From: a virus
Length of the DNA stretch: 64,000 nucleotides
Strand: one strand, 5' to 3'
IMG/VR virus record: IMGVR_UViG_3300031539_000007
Span: 32,001-96,000 of that record
The translations under genes and the position numbers were made by a program. The notes below the pieces were generated by a model that was given only the letters and a program-made list of their open reading frames with translations, was not told the DNA's origin and did no database searches. Positions 42,588-55,716 of this stretch are shown one piece after another. Every line of letters starts with the position of its first letter. The stretch's first letter is position 1.

Positions 42588-45500
42588 TTCTAGTCACTAT
42601 AAAACCCTTGTGCAAATTGGAGTGCATGACTTGTATATGGTCGGGCATGCAAGCGATTGCATGCCTAGATACTAGGGGGAGCGATGTCCGCCGATTAAGT
42701 CATGACAGTTGACCGGCAAATTTGACGGTCATGCATTGCAATTTGCACAAGGGGATTTTCTGGTAAAAGGGGAATGCCATGAGTATGCTGCTCGATCAGT
42801 ACTTTCCAAGGGATAACGGCGAAGCTTCTGTGATTATTGCCGAAGCATGCCACGGGCAATTTTCTACGCTCGGAAGGTTCAAGGAAGCGAAAAGGCAAGG
42901 GCTGGGCATGCCAAAAACCGTAAAAATTCAGGGGAGTCTGCCCATGCCTGTGAAAAAGTACCGGGCAATCCGGTACAATTGACTGAAAATTCTAGTCACT
43001 AGAAAGTCACGTCAAAAAAGGAGCTATTAAAATGAATACGTCGTACAACATTTCCAGCATGGAAGCACTCCGCGAAAAGAAAAAGAATGGATACGCGAAA
43101 GCCATGACTGCTTGGGGAGTCCCCGAATGGCTGCGCTTGCAGTTCTGCCAGCAAATCCGCGACACACACGATTATGGCGATGTGTGCGTCATCATGGGGA
43201 AAATTGACGCCTACTCGAACGCCGCAGGGCTGAGAGCATTTTACGAATATTCTAGTGACTAGAAAGGGGGAAAAATGTGTCACGTAACAAACCATGTGAT
43301 GGAGGCGCACGAGCGTCATCCTTTACTCAGGAAGATCATGAGCAAGGAAAAGTTCGCCTTGCTTATCAGTATAGTGTCACAGGAAAATTTTACGTGCGAT
43401 ATTGCCCTTGCCGTGTACGATTGCGGCGAAATTCTTTTGAATCCCACGCAGGATGAGCGTGGGAGATTTGTTGTTCTTATCGTGCGCAACAACAAAATTG
43501 TGTGCGCATGCCTATCTCAGCGTCTCGACGCGCGCCACTTGCGCGTCGAAAAAGTTGTGAAAATATTCTAGTCACTAGAAAAAGGAGAGCTTGTAATGAC
43601 TATGTTTATGAAGTTTTCGCGGGGTGGAGTGTTTGAAGCGGCGGAGTTTGGCGCATACAACATGATTCCGACCGGTGAACAGGTAGCTCCACCTGTCGCG
43701 GGTGACGTTGTTTTTGTGTCCAACTATGTACCCTCCTGCGACTTTAGCGGGCAGGTAGGGAAGATGGCCGCCGCAGAATCAAGAGGTGCGGCGGAGTGGG
43801 CCGCAAGTCACGGGCTGCGGCTTGTATTCCGGGGGTTCCCCGGAGCGAACATACGTAACGCTGAGGGGTGTATGCCAGCGTTGCTTTCCGTCTAAAAACT
43901 TTCTAGTCACTAGAAAAAGTCTAGTGGCATCAAAACCCTTAAGGAGTATTAAAATGACTATCCAACGCACCAAGACCGAAAAGAAGTCCGGCACATCGTT
44001 TTCCGTCGGGGTGAATATCATCCTGGCAGGCAGTAAGGCCATGACGCCTGAGCAACAGGAAAAAGCCTTGACCGTGGCGAAAGTCCGCGTCCTTATTGTC
44101 GATGCTGACAACCCTAAGAACGTCCTGGTCGATGAGACCGCACCGGCACGCGAATTTTCCACGGGAAGCGTGGGCTATGGGCTGAATATCCGTAGCGCAG
44201 AATTCAAGCAGTAGTGGTGTGCCCTCGTGCCACAGCGAGGGCGATCAATTATTCTAGTGACTAGAAAATTTTAGGAGGATCGGGATGGAATACACTATCG
44301 AGTTCAAGGAACACCTGGCGAAGAGTCTGGCGGGGCATATCGCCAGCAGCGCGGCCACTGGGCCGTACTCCGAGGTGCATTGTGTTGTCTGCGGGCGTGT
44401 GGGCGTAGTCGCCTACAACTACGCGGTCGAGAATCCCGGCGTGTGGGCCTGCGCCTACTGTAACACGGGCTAGAACTCTTCTCCTGCCCATCATCCTCGT
44501 GATGGGCAGGCACGGAGAGAAAAAGGCGAAAATTATTCTAGTGACTAGAAAGGAGAGGAGAGCTATGAAAATTCAAACACTGTACGACCTGCGGGAACTG
44601 ACAGGTTTTGTTAGCGGGACGGACTTGCAAGATATGTTCCACGAAATCTTGGGGGAGATGTCCCCAAGTGGCAATTGTGAAATAGGCGCCGCCGCACTTG
44701 CCAGTAACGATGTGGGCAAAGAGGCTTTGCGATTGCTAGCGGCCCCACTGGTCGACGTCATTGAGTCAATTATGACATACGGAATGTCTTGAAAGCTAAT
44801 ATTCTAGTGACTAGAAAAGGAGTGTTTGTTATGGATAAAATTTATCTCGCCTACTACATCAGTAGGCGTGGGCATCACAAAGAAATCTTATACGTTGGGA
44901 CAGACAAAAACGCCGCAATATCTCGCGTTGAAAGCTTCTGCGGCAGTAACATGTATGCCCAGGAATTCCTGGGCTGTGTGGAGACATGGACGGCGGGGCG
45001 ACGCATCCTGCTGGAAAGGGTTGTCTGAATATTCTAGTGACTAGAATTCCCTGGCCGCCACGAGCATAGCGCCGTGGATCACGCTTGTAGTCATCGGCGC
45101 GAAAAGTGCCGGGGATTCTAGTCACTAGGAATCTTTTGAAAGGAGAATCATGATTACAATCAAAGTGGATGGGATTATCACGGTCGATACGTTTTCGTTC
45201 GAGGATGCGGTCGATATGATCGTAGAGGCGCTGGAAAAGTACGGCGTCGAGATTATGGCCGTGTATGAAAAAGTTGAAAATTCTAGTGACTAGAAAAAGT
45301 CACGAAGGAGTATTATGAACAAATGTTATACACAGAAGCGGTATTCGACATGGTATGGGGCGGCGAGGTCATTGCCGAAGAACCTGAACTCGTCGCTAGG
45401 CCCGCCCCACTTTTCAGTGGGCGATAGGGTTATACAAAAGCGCCCGGTGTGTGGCGAACGGCTAACCGGCACGATTATATCAGTCGTTTATCCGCCACTT

Positions 45501-48500
45501 GTACTTGACGGCGCGCAACTATTAGTGGCGGGCTACGAGGTGCAATGGGATAATGGCGACCACTGCGCAAGCGTGCGCGAGCCGTATTTGACCAAGATAA
45601 ATTCTAGTGACTAGAAAAAGTCACGAAGGAGTAACATGTACAAAACCGTTGGGGACATCCCCGAAGATTATGTCCTGGTGCAGACAGACCATGAGGTTCA
45701 ATCTGTACTTGAGTACATCGGCGTAACCGAAAATTATCCTTATGTGTTTGTCAAACTTGACGAAAGTGGCGCTGATTATCTGCACGTTTATGGGTGCTAC
45801 AGACTGTACCTTGGCGCTCCTGTTTACCAGGAACTATAAGGAGTATTATAATGTGGCATTTTACAGAATCACTTGTTGGACAAAGAATGCTGGTAAAAGA
45901 AACACGCGCCGAAGTCTTTTTGACGGGCCGCCGCGTCTATGACGGCAGTGTGTATATTTACGAGACCGACGCGGGCAACTTCCTGGGGGAAGAACTGTGC
46001 CGCGTTGGGTCAATTTAATTCTAGTGACTAGAAAAAAGTCACGAAGGAGCAACATGAAAAACATTGCTACGGTTAAGGACGCGCTGCATAACGCAGTGCT
46101 TGAAAAGTCTGACTACGCTCGCGGTATTGTCGTGGGCGTGGTGGCTGCCATTATGGGGCAAAAGGGCTGCTTGTTTAAGACCGCCCTCAGAGAAGTCAAG
46201 CAGATGAAACCCGCAATCCATATCGAGAATCTGCCAGAATGCTGGCGTGAAGACTGGATGAAACTCTAGTCACTAGAAAAAAATCTCAAAAGGAGAATAC
46301 AATGGCTGCACATATTTTGACTGGTATCAAACAAACGATTAAGATGCTGCGCGAAAACCCCGAAGCGGCGAAACCGCACATCGTCTGCGCCTGTGATTTG
46401 TCCTGCTGGACTGAAGACGACACTCATGTGTGGGGAAATCTCTACGACTGGACACAAGGGAGGCTCGCCACAAGCGCGCTCATCGAGTATCTTGAATTCC
46501 AGGTGTGGCACTTCTGGGATTTGTACTACAAACTTGGCGAACCGTATACTCGCGAAGAGTGGAATCTGTCACGCTTCCACGGGCTTGAGGCACTCGCAAA
46601 ATATCGCGACGAAGAAGACTCCAGGACACTGGCTATGCTTTCCGCAGAGAAAACATACATCCGACCAGGCGAAAAAGTCCTGATGGAATGTGCTTACTCT
46701 GAGGCTGCAATGCACCTTGGCGTGGCTGGCAAAGTGATGACTGTCAAGCTGCTTGAAACCGAATACCCAACGGCGCAACTATACCGCCGCAACGGGGAAG
46801 AGAAAAGCTTCCCTATCACTTACTCTGAGGCCGGGTTCTACCAGGACGAGGGTGGATTCTACTACTACCCGAAACGTTCTAGTCACTAGAATAAATGTCT
46901 ACTCATCTCTGAGTAGACAAAGGAGCAATATGACTACTGTTAAAGTTATCAACACTCGCTACAATCCACGCGGCGCGAGCGTCGTCGTGGAAGCAAAGTT
47001 TGACCGCTGGACTTCGTATCTGGAAGTAAGCCACGACCAGCCATGCGGGTATAACTATCGGCGGATGCGTCACGAAACTGACCCGCTTGCCGATTGGGTA
47101 CGCCTTGAAACCGCCGAGCGCGACATCACAGCGGAAGGTGTGCGCCTGGCGAAAGACGCCATTATCGTGGCCGACAACTCTATGGAAGAGGCGTGCCGCT
47201 GGTTCAAGTACTCGCAGCTATACGAAACAATGCAGGCAGTCGTCACGGAGACCGTTAAAAACTACCAGGATGATTTCTACCTGCACGATTGTACACGTCT
47301 CGGAATGGCGCACCCATTCCCCGAAGTGCTCCGCTGGTACGTTCGTGAGAGCGGAACGTTTTTGTTCTTCGGAGAAGAGGTCGGCGAATGGGAATGTGCT
47401 GTGCGCAAACAGTGGCCCGACGCCCGCATATTCCGCTATACCTCAGAGGACGGACTGGCGGAAATTTCTAGTCACTAGAAAGGAGATTGCGATGACCGAC
47501 AAAGAGATACTTGAAAGGTTATGTGCCATGCTCAACGGTATTACTAAAAAGTTCGGGGTAACACTAGCGGTTGTGGAGATAAAAGGCACGATTTACTTTT
47601 TCCCTCAACTATCTTCTAGTGACTAGAAAGTTTTAACAGTGTGGTGCGTCACTGTTAAATACGCACCGATTTCATTCATTCAAATAAAGGAGACTTACGA
47701 TGACCTGCATAGGAACAACCGCGACAACCATAGCGAAAAACTCTGTGACGTATCACGAAACGACAGTCGTTGCATTTAGCAGCGGCACAATCACCCTCGA
47801 CAGCGGGGGATGGAGAACTGTGACGACCAAGAAGCGAATGAACCAGGCCAGCACTGAATTCGGCCTTGGATACAGCGTCTTTCAGAAAGACTTCGGCTGG
47901 TTTGTTGACCTTCCGAATGGCGAGACCGTTGACTTCAAAGACGGGATGACTTTTAGTCGGTAAAAGATTCTAGTCACTAGAAAAAGGAGCATTACGATGG
48001 CTAAGGAAAAAGTTGTCAGAATTGGTACTGTTGATTATTACGGGAAAAGGGTTAGCGTGTTCTGCGAAATCGGCGTCAAGAATGGCGAGCTATCAATCAC
48101 CGGCGTCGTCGGGCCAAAGCGAAACGGTGACGCGGAGGGCGGGTGCGGGCAAATAGACCTGAGCGAATATTCAGGGTGGGAATTCGCTGCTGGATGGGAC
48201 AAAGAAACACTTGACAAATTCACGGACGTGTGGGCAAGATGGCACTTGAACGACATGCGCCCTGGCTGTGAGCATCAGCGTGATTGGGATACTTCAGAGA
48301 AGATTGGAGTCATCCAATACACATATACCGACCTATACACAACGCTCTCCAAGATGGAGAAAACTATGCCGGAACGTCTAACATCACTAGACAAAGAAAA
48401 TCTTGCACTTGGCAAGAAAGCGTTTCGCGCCTTCCTAGGATACGGTAACGGCACACGGGGAGACGTGCTTGAAGCATGCGAAGCAGGACTACTCAGGACG

Positions 48501-51500
48501 TGTGGCATCGAGGAAAAGCTTGCTGGATGGGTATACCCAACACAGCACGAGAAAGGCTTACTCACAAAGCCATGCCCCGTATGCGGTTACAAGTACGGTT
48601 CTGCTTGGCTCAAAGAAGAGTTACCACAGGACGTGTTTGACTTCATTGACAATTTACCGCACACTGACATCGCATATCCGTGGCGATAATTCTAGTCACT
48701 AGAAAATAAAGGAGCGATATGAACGGGTGGACTTACAATTACGGGGAAGAGTACGACGAACGTGCGCAGACTTCCATACTCGGTGAACCAAGCCGATTGA
48801 TGATGTGCCTAACACACGACGAGCTGTGCAATATGCAGACGGCAATCGTCGTCGAAACGTGGGAACACTTCGTTGGGCGAGACGCGGCTGGTAGCAAGCG
48901 CCGAAAATATCACGCCGAGTTCGACGAGAAGGAGCGCAAGCTGGCGGGTAAACTGCACACCAGGTTCTACCGCTGGCATCTTGTAACTGGCGTGCCGCAG
49001 AAAGTCGTTATGTCTGCACGCACCATCAGCTTCGTCGAGAGGCTGGTAGCGTTCGCGGCGACAGTGTAAACAATCTAGTCACTAGAAAAAAGGAGCTATT
49101 AAAATGACCGAGTTACAGGATTTGACCAAGAAGGCTTTGGTTCGTATGGTAGAAGTGCTAGAAGCGTCCCTGAAAAGCGCGCTGGATAACTCTGCTTTCG
49201 CGTGGCGTCAACATAACGCACTGCGCGTCGATTTGCAGCAAGAACAAAGCAAGACGCACAGCCTTGACATTGAGTGCAAGCTGGCATTCGCGCTCTCTGA
49301 AAACCGCAGGTGGGAAGATGTTGCCGCCGACATCGTGGAACAGGAACGCGAGATGTGGCACAATGCCTCACTGCTCCACACGAGCATCGACGACGACGAA
49401 TTAGGGGACAAGTTCGAGACGGCGCTAGAGCTATACGTCCGTGAATGGGTTGGCGAGAAAGAGCGAGAGATTCTTGAAAAGTTTGGGCGCAGCGTCTCTG
49501 TCTATCAATACGGACGGGGCGGGGCAACCATTTCTATAGATGGCTTCTACAGCGAAACATACCGGCGTGGTGCAAGCGATGCGAATATCCGCTACTTCGA
49601 TAACGACGACCTGGACGAAGAAGAATTGATCGCCTATTACAACGAGGACGTTCAAACCCTTGCTATCCTGGAATGGCTTGACGAGAAGGTGCGCGAAACA
49701 GTACGCGGCTTGCCCGAATGGTGGGTAGGAGAACGCGAGTATTGGACTGACGGCCTCTACACACTGTACCCGCAGTGCTGAGGGAACGTGCTTGGCGCAC
49801 TTGAAATGATGGCGTTGTAATTTTCTAGTGACTAGAACAAAGGAGAACAAGTAATGTTATCAGAAAGCAAGTACAAAGAACTCCGCGAACGGATAGACAA
49901 GCATTACGCTTGGCTACAAGCGCGCGATTTCAAACCATACAAAACAGAAGAATGCCCACAGGTATTGCGTGTGACGAACGAGGAGTATGGTGCTGTAGAA
50001 GTCTATGAATGGCACAATGACCCGCCAGACAAATACTTCGCTTACGTGAAGGTCGGGTGCGTGTATGTTGATGGTGTCGGGACATACGAGGCCACGGTTA
50101 CAACATGGATGGGAGATACCATCGGACACGCTGGGCTTGGATGTAAATATCGCTCCAACTTCGGTGACATCCGCGTCCCCATTTCTGTAACTGGGACTAA
50201 CGACAAGCACTATTACGGAACGTACTACAAGTCAGCGGGTGATTATTGCCGCCTGACTGCATACAAGGAGGCCCGCAATGGGTAGGGGTGTGGCGTTTCC
50301 GCACAGCGACGGCGCAGAGCAAATCATTGTAGACGTGCCATTCTTTGATGATGACGAATATGGCGAAGAGAAATCGTTGTGGTTTGACGACCTGAGATAC
50401 CGTGTTAAACACACGCTGCCAGATTCATTCTACTTCGATGATGGCGTGGGGTGCTTCTGCTGGGAATGGAGTAGCTGCTTGCTCAAAGTGTCCCTACACG
50501 GCGAAGACACACTGGCACACATTTACATCGAAGCGCAAGAACAAGACGAGTTCCAGCATCACAAGAATCTCGCTTGGAATCACCTTGATAACCTTTACAA
50601 GAAAATCGGGAAAAAGTTGCAAGACTACGGGTATGAGTTGCGCCAGCGCACAAGCTCGTGGACAACTGGGCATCTGGATTTCTAGTCACTAGAAAGTGTG
50701 GGGCGTGCGACTCCACACTGTCATTCACAGAAAGGAGACACATGGTGTATGTATGTTTGTCCGGTACGCTCTACGAGAACAACGTGTGCGGTGATGTGTT
50801 TGTGCATACCGTATACACAAGAGAGGAAGACGCGATAGAATGGAAGGAATACTGCGACCGTACATCACAGAGGTTGGAACGTGTGTACTGGGTTGCGGCA
50901 GTTTCTAGTCACTAGAATAAAAGGAGACTCGTAATGGATACGCAAATTAAACGTGTTGTGTCTAGCAGTAGTTGTGCCACGGTATACGAACTCGAATGTG
51001 GATTACGCCTACGCTATTTTATTATTGTCACAGGGATACCTGCCCTTGAGTACGACGACCATACATTCCCGAAAAGATTCGATGTCATCGACAAATATAA
51101 TGTAGCGTGGGACAGAGCGCTCAAGCGGTATCCGTTCCAGAAGGACGGAGAACACCCAAACGTCGAAGAGATTGGCGGGCAAGCGACAATCGACGAATAC
51201 ATTGCAGAAACCTATTCAGAGAAATTGCTCAGCGATATTCCGTTACCAGAAAGCACACCGCCCAAAAAAGAAGCACTGCCAATGTTTAGCAATCCGACCC
51301 TAGCCAACCGATTCAGAAAAGATTTTGATATGCCACTGCTAACATTCACCGACCGCTTAATGACACGTATCCGTGGTTCATTCTCGTTTGATGTCATAGC
51401 GTTCGATGGATACTGCCACGAAGCCCTGGGGTATAGCGAGGACGAGCACGGCAGCCTCAACGATTTCATCACGGCGAAGTCAGGGAAGGATATGGCAGAT

Positions 51501-54500
51501 TTCTTACGAGGTCTGCTGTAGCAAAGGAGTACCGCTATGGAAATTATTAGGGTGTGCAAGCAAGGATACAACCCCATCGAATTGCGCAACAACGATGGGG
51601 TGTGGGAGTACGCCGTCGGAACGTATCTGGATGGGAGCAAGCACTGGGTGGCGATACCCCTATTAGAAGAGATTATCTTGCAGACCATCGAAGAATACAA
51701 ATGTGTCTAGTCACTAGAAAGGAGACTAACAATGTTTAGCGAAACACAGAAGAACCAGAGAAACTTAACGCCCGAAGAGAAGGCTGTAGTTGATGAGCAA
51801 TCGCGTATCGCCACCGCCAAGTACAAGGCAGTATGGTACGGCGATGACGGTGGGTACACGACGAGCGATGCGTACAGGAAAGCCAGGGGCGGAAAGAGCG
51901 TGCGCTATGGCAATGAACTGCTTGACTGCGCGCTGGCTTTGTGCGGAGACCCGTGGTACGTGATGACGGGCCGCCACTACTGCCAAGAGGCACGAGACTT
52001 CTTGGCGCTGTTCGAGCAAAAGGAGACTGACAATGTGGGCTAAATGGGTAGCGATAGAGTTTGACGAAACCGGATACTGGAATGAGGACTTCTTGGAAAA
52101 GTACGGCATCGAGAAGGTGCGCGCCGTGTACGTCTACAACGAAAATCTGTACGTGCATTGCTGCGAAATCACTCCGAGCTATGAGCTATGGTTTATCAAT
52201 GATTATCCCGTGATGAAGAGTGAGGCAGATACAGGGCGGGAGGAAGCATGGGAAGCAGTGATGGAAGCTTCCACTGAACCAGTAGAATACCACCACGTTC
52301 AACACCTTGACCGCATTCCATTCGGGGAACACAAGAAGAGAATGTGGAGCGAGAATATTAAGCGCGACGAGTACGATGAGCACAGAGACGATGCGATTGA
52401 GAGCGAACGCTGCAATGGCTCTTTCTGTTAAACATTCTAGTCACTAGAAAACAATCCCTACTCAAAGATGAGTAGGCAAAGGAGATACACGATGAAGAGC
52501 ATATATATAAAACTTACTATCTGCATGTACTGGAAGAGGGCAGACGGGGGAGAAATTAGCGACGGCGTTCGCGAAATTCTCGATGAATCCGGCACTGATA
52601 GGGCTATCGCCATGATTGGCGAGGGATACACGTCAGGCGAACTCAATGATAACATCCGTATGCACGACGACGACCCAGAAGACGGGATTGAGTACACCGG
52701 CTCGTGGAAAACAGCATACGAATCTGGAGGCACACGATGAACATCAAAGAACGACTCGAATATCTGCGCGGAGAAATCCTAGCAGAACGGATGAGTTATG
52801 GCGACATCGTAGAGCTTGAATCACTCGCAGAACATATCGGCGATGATGTCCTGCTCTTAGAATGGGCTGGCGTACCTGAATTCCCTGACGACGAATCCTA
52901 GTCACTAGAAAGGAGAATAGCAATGGAAATCAAGAAATTTGTTGAGCTAAACAAAATCACGATGCAATCAGAAAATGTTTTGGCGAACAAGAACATGCCC
53001 GACTGGGCAAGCGCCAGACACTACAAGGCCGTATTTAAGTACGGCAAGCGACAGATGACCACATACTTTTCTATGGGCCTCGGTCTTATTGATGCCCCGA
53101 CAGTAGAAGATGTGCTGGATTGCTTGGCGTCCGATTCTGCGGGTGTCGAAAACGCCCGCGACTTCGCCGATTGGTGCAACGATTATGCCTACAACCAGTA
53201 CGACAAGAAAGCCGAGAAAACATACAAGGTTTGTGTGCGTCTAGCCGAAAAGCTGGAAACGTTGCTTGGCGAAGGGTTGTACAACGAACTGCTTTGGGAA
53301 ACCGAGCGGCTGTAAATCACAATTAACCTATCCAAAGGAGATACACGATGAAACAACAGGTTATGTTACTGGTAAACGACGACAAGAAAATATACAAACT
53401 GCCGCTGTTAGCGAGCGTGTACAACGGGCTGGCCGTTCACAAATCATTCACCATTGAGGATGGCACGCTTGTCGAAAGAGATAAGTACTTTACTTGGGAT
53501 GTCAGCCACGTAGGTACAGGGCTGCATATTGACGGGTGCGATTTCAGCAGGAAGCGCGATGCGGTTGCGTTTGCGAAAGCGTTGTCCAAAGGTGTAGACC
53601 TTGACACAGATTCGCAAGCTGAGGCTATCAAGCGCATCCTTGAGAAGTACACCCGCGAACAATGTCTTGAGATGCGGAGCGCCGCAAGGGTAGGGAAGCT
53701 ATGAGAGAGAGCTTTGAAACATTCGCAGAGTACATCGTCGAAGAAGTGAACGAGCTAAACGAATCAGGGAAGATGACTGATGCGCAACTGCAAACACTTA
53801 CAGGAAATCTGGTGAGCACTATGGTTGAGAGCTTCGTCGAGAAGCCCACCGAGTACGACTACGACGAGCTATCGACTGGCACAATCCGCGAAGGGTTGCG
53901 CTTTCTTGAAGATGGCATCACCACCCACTTCCTATCACGCATTTTACCAGAGGCTATGGTCGATGCGGTCGTTGAAACCCTTGAAACAGTCTTGAAAGAA
54001 CGCGAGAAGAGTCTCGCCAAAGGAGCACAATGAGAACCATACAGCAAATCGAACGCAAGGCCAAGGCACTAATCGCCGCGTATCGTGAAGAGGCCAGGAC
54101 AAAAGGCTACAGCGAGAACATGGGCGAGAAGTACATGCGCCAACTCGACAAGCACGTTGGTAACTTTTATGATTACGACTGGGACAACAGGCGACAGATT
54201 CTATCTATTACAGAAGACTTGGAAAGAGTCGTCACAAATCCATAAGGGAGAATGAATAGCAATGAAACGCGAAGGGAATACCTATTGGAATATGAAAGGA
54301 AAGTATCAGGAGTACGCTTTCGCAGTCAGTGCGCTTATCCCATACAAGGGCAAGGCCAGTAATCTGCACCTCGACCTGTTCAGAAACACGGTACGCCTAT
54401 ATCACGACTACTACACCAATGGTGGCGATAACTTCGGGGATTGCTTTTACCTAGACCTCTACCATCTGATGTATCACGCCGACGAACTAGAGAGCGTGGC

Positions 54501-55408
54501 GGTTGACGAAGGCGAGCCGCTTATCAGCAGACTTCTTGAGCGCATCTTCGGGGGGTTCGGCGGCAAGGTAGTTTTCAACGAGAGCCTTACCCATAACCTT
54601 GAGAAACTAGCTGACATTGTAGCACGCTATGCTTGGGAAAAGGAGCACAGCAATGACTGAAACATACACCATCAAAATATTAGCGGGTGGCAAGCGGTTT
54701 GACATCTACGTGTCGGACAACGAGCTTATGGAAACCGAAATCCTGTTCGAGTCCATTGACGGCGAGACCGTCGAGTTTGAATTGTGGGTCTTGCTAAACG
54801 ACGAAGACGAAGTGATGCTTGTAATGCAAAGCGGTGATAAGTGTCACTTCACAGCCGAAGCTTTTCGAGATAGTATCACAGGTGAGGTCAAAGCAATGGC
54901 CTCACAACTCACGGCAAAGGAGCACGATGAGGAACACGACGAGCGAAAGAGAGACGGCAACAATTAAAGCTCTTTATGCGGCAGCGTATGATGCCGCAAT
55001 CTTTCTGAGAGCACAAGAAATAAGGGACATCGTAGAAAGCGCGATTTATGATAACTACGATGACTACGACGCTATGTTTGAAGATTGGTGAAAAGGAGAA
55101 CTAACAATGACTGCACACGGGGAACAACTTAAAGCACTGGTACAGCAAGCACTCGACACTCCGCCCTCGGAACTCGAAGAGTTCTACAACACGCTGTCGA
55201 ATGCGGCATACAGCGAGGCCGCGCAGGAGCTTAACGCACTCGCCCAAGCCGCCGCGTTGCGTGCGGAATACCTAGAGAATATGCGCGACGGTGCGGGGCA
55301 CACGCAATCGGCGAAGCTTGCCGTGTGCGTGCTCAATAAAGTACGCAAGGCAATGGGCTATACGTACAAGAAAAACTTTAGTTTCTGATAAGTTTCTAGT
55401 CACTAGAA
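42588..55408. repeat. Array of 27 15-bp palindromes TTCTAGT(C/G)ACTAGAA delimiting small genes
   Basis: Starts at 42588, 42990, 43250, 43566, 43901, 44252, 44536, 44802, 45032, 45116, 45281, 45602, 46019, 46264, 46877, 47466, 47614, 47968, 48690, 49073, 49823, 50680, 50903, 51705, 52435, 52896, 55394; 21 perfect, 6 with one mismatch. Confidence 0.95.
43032..55388 (+). other. About 35 small hypothetical genes in the palindrome-delimited units
   Basis: Examples: 43032-43262, 43275-43571, 43596-43895, 43954-44214, 44285-44473, 44565-44792, 44831-45028, 45150-45293, 45315-45614, 45636-45839, 46054-46269, 46302-46889, 46930-47478, 47492-47626, 47700-47963, 47997-48689, 48719-49069, 49104-49781, 49854-50285, 50278-50685, 50742-50915, 50934-51521, 51537-51710, 51732-52043, 52033-52431, 52492-52740, 52737-52901, 52923-53315; most have an AGGAG-type RBS. 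Confidence 0.8.
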
Positions 55409-55716
55409 AAGGAGATTGCGATGGACGAGAAACAACTTCTAAATAATATCTTGTTGGCTCAGAAGAGAGCCGCTGAATTTATCGGAAAGCAAACGAAGCT
55501 TATCGCTCTGTTGGTAGGATTCGCGCCGACTCAAGTTGTAGAGTTCCCGGAACTCGATGTAATGCACGTGTACTCCACGCCGTTCGGTGCGAAGGTAGGT
55601 ACTCCGAACGAATACACACTGAGAATCGGAGAGACATCAGCCACGTGGGTCGGTGGGCAGCACCCGTGGGGGGGCAAGCTCAGAGACATCACCGTTGACT
55701 TACAAGGAGATACAAA

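Noticed and set aside
45047-45115. Hammerhead ribozyme
   Set aside because: A stem followed by GAAA is present, but the CUGANGA core is absent.
42588-55408. CRISPR array
   Set aside because: Repeats are only 15 bp, intervening segments are about 70-2500 bp and contain genes, and no cas genes are visible.
42588-55408. Classical integron with attC sites
   Set aside because: No RYYYAAC/GTTRRRY boxes, sites far shorter than attC, and no IntI-like gene in the window.
42588-55408. Palindromes as intrinsic terminators
   Set aside because: AT-rich stem with a minimal loop, followed by A-rich RBS rather than a U tract on the coding strand.
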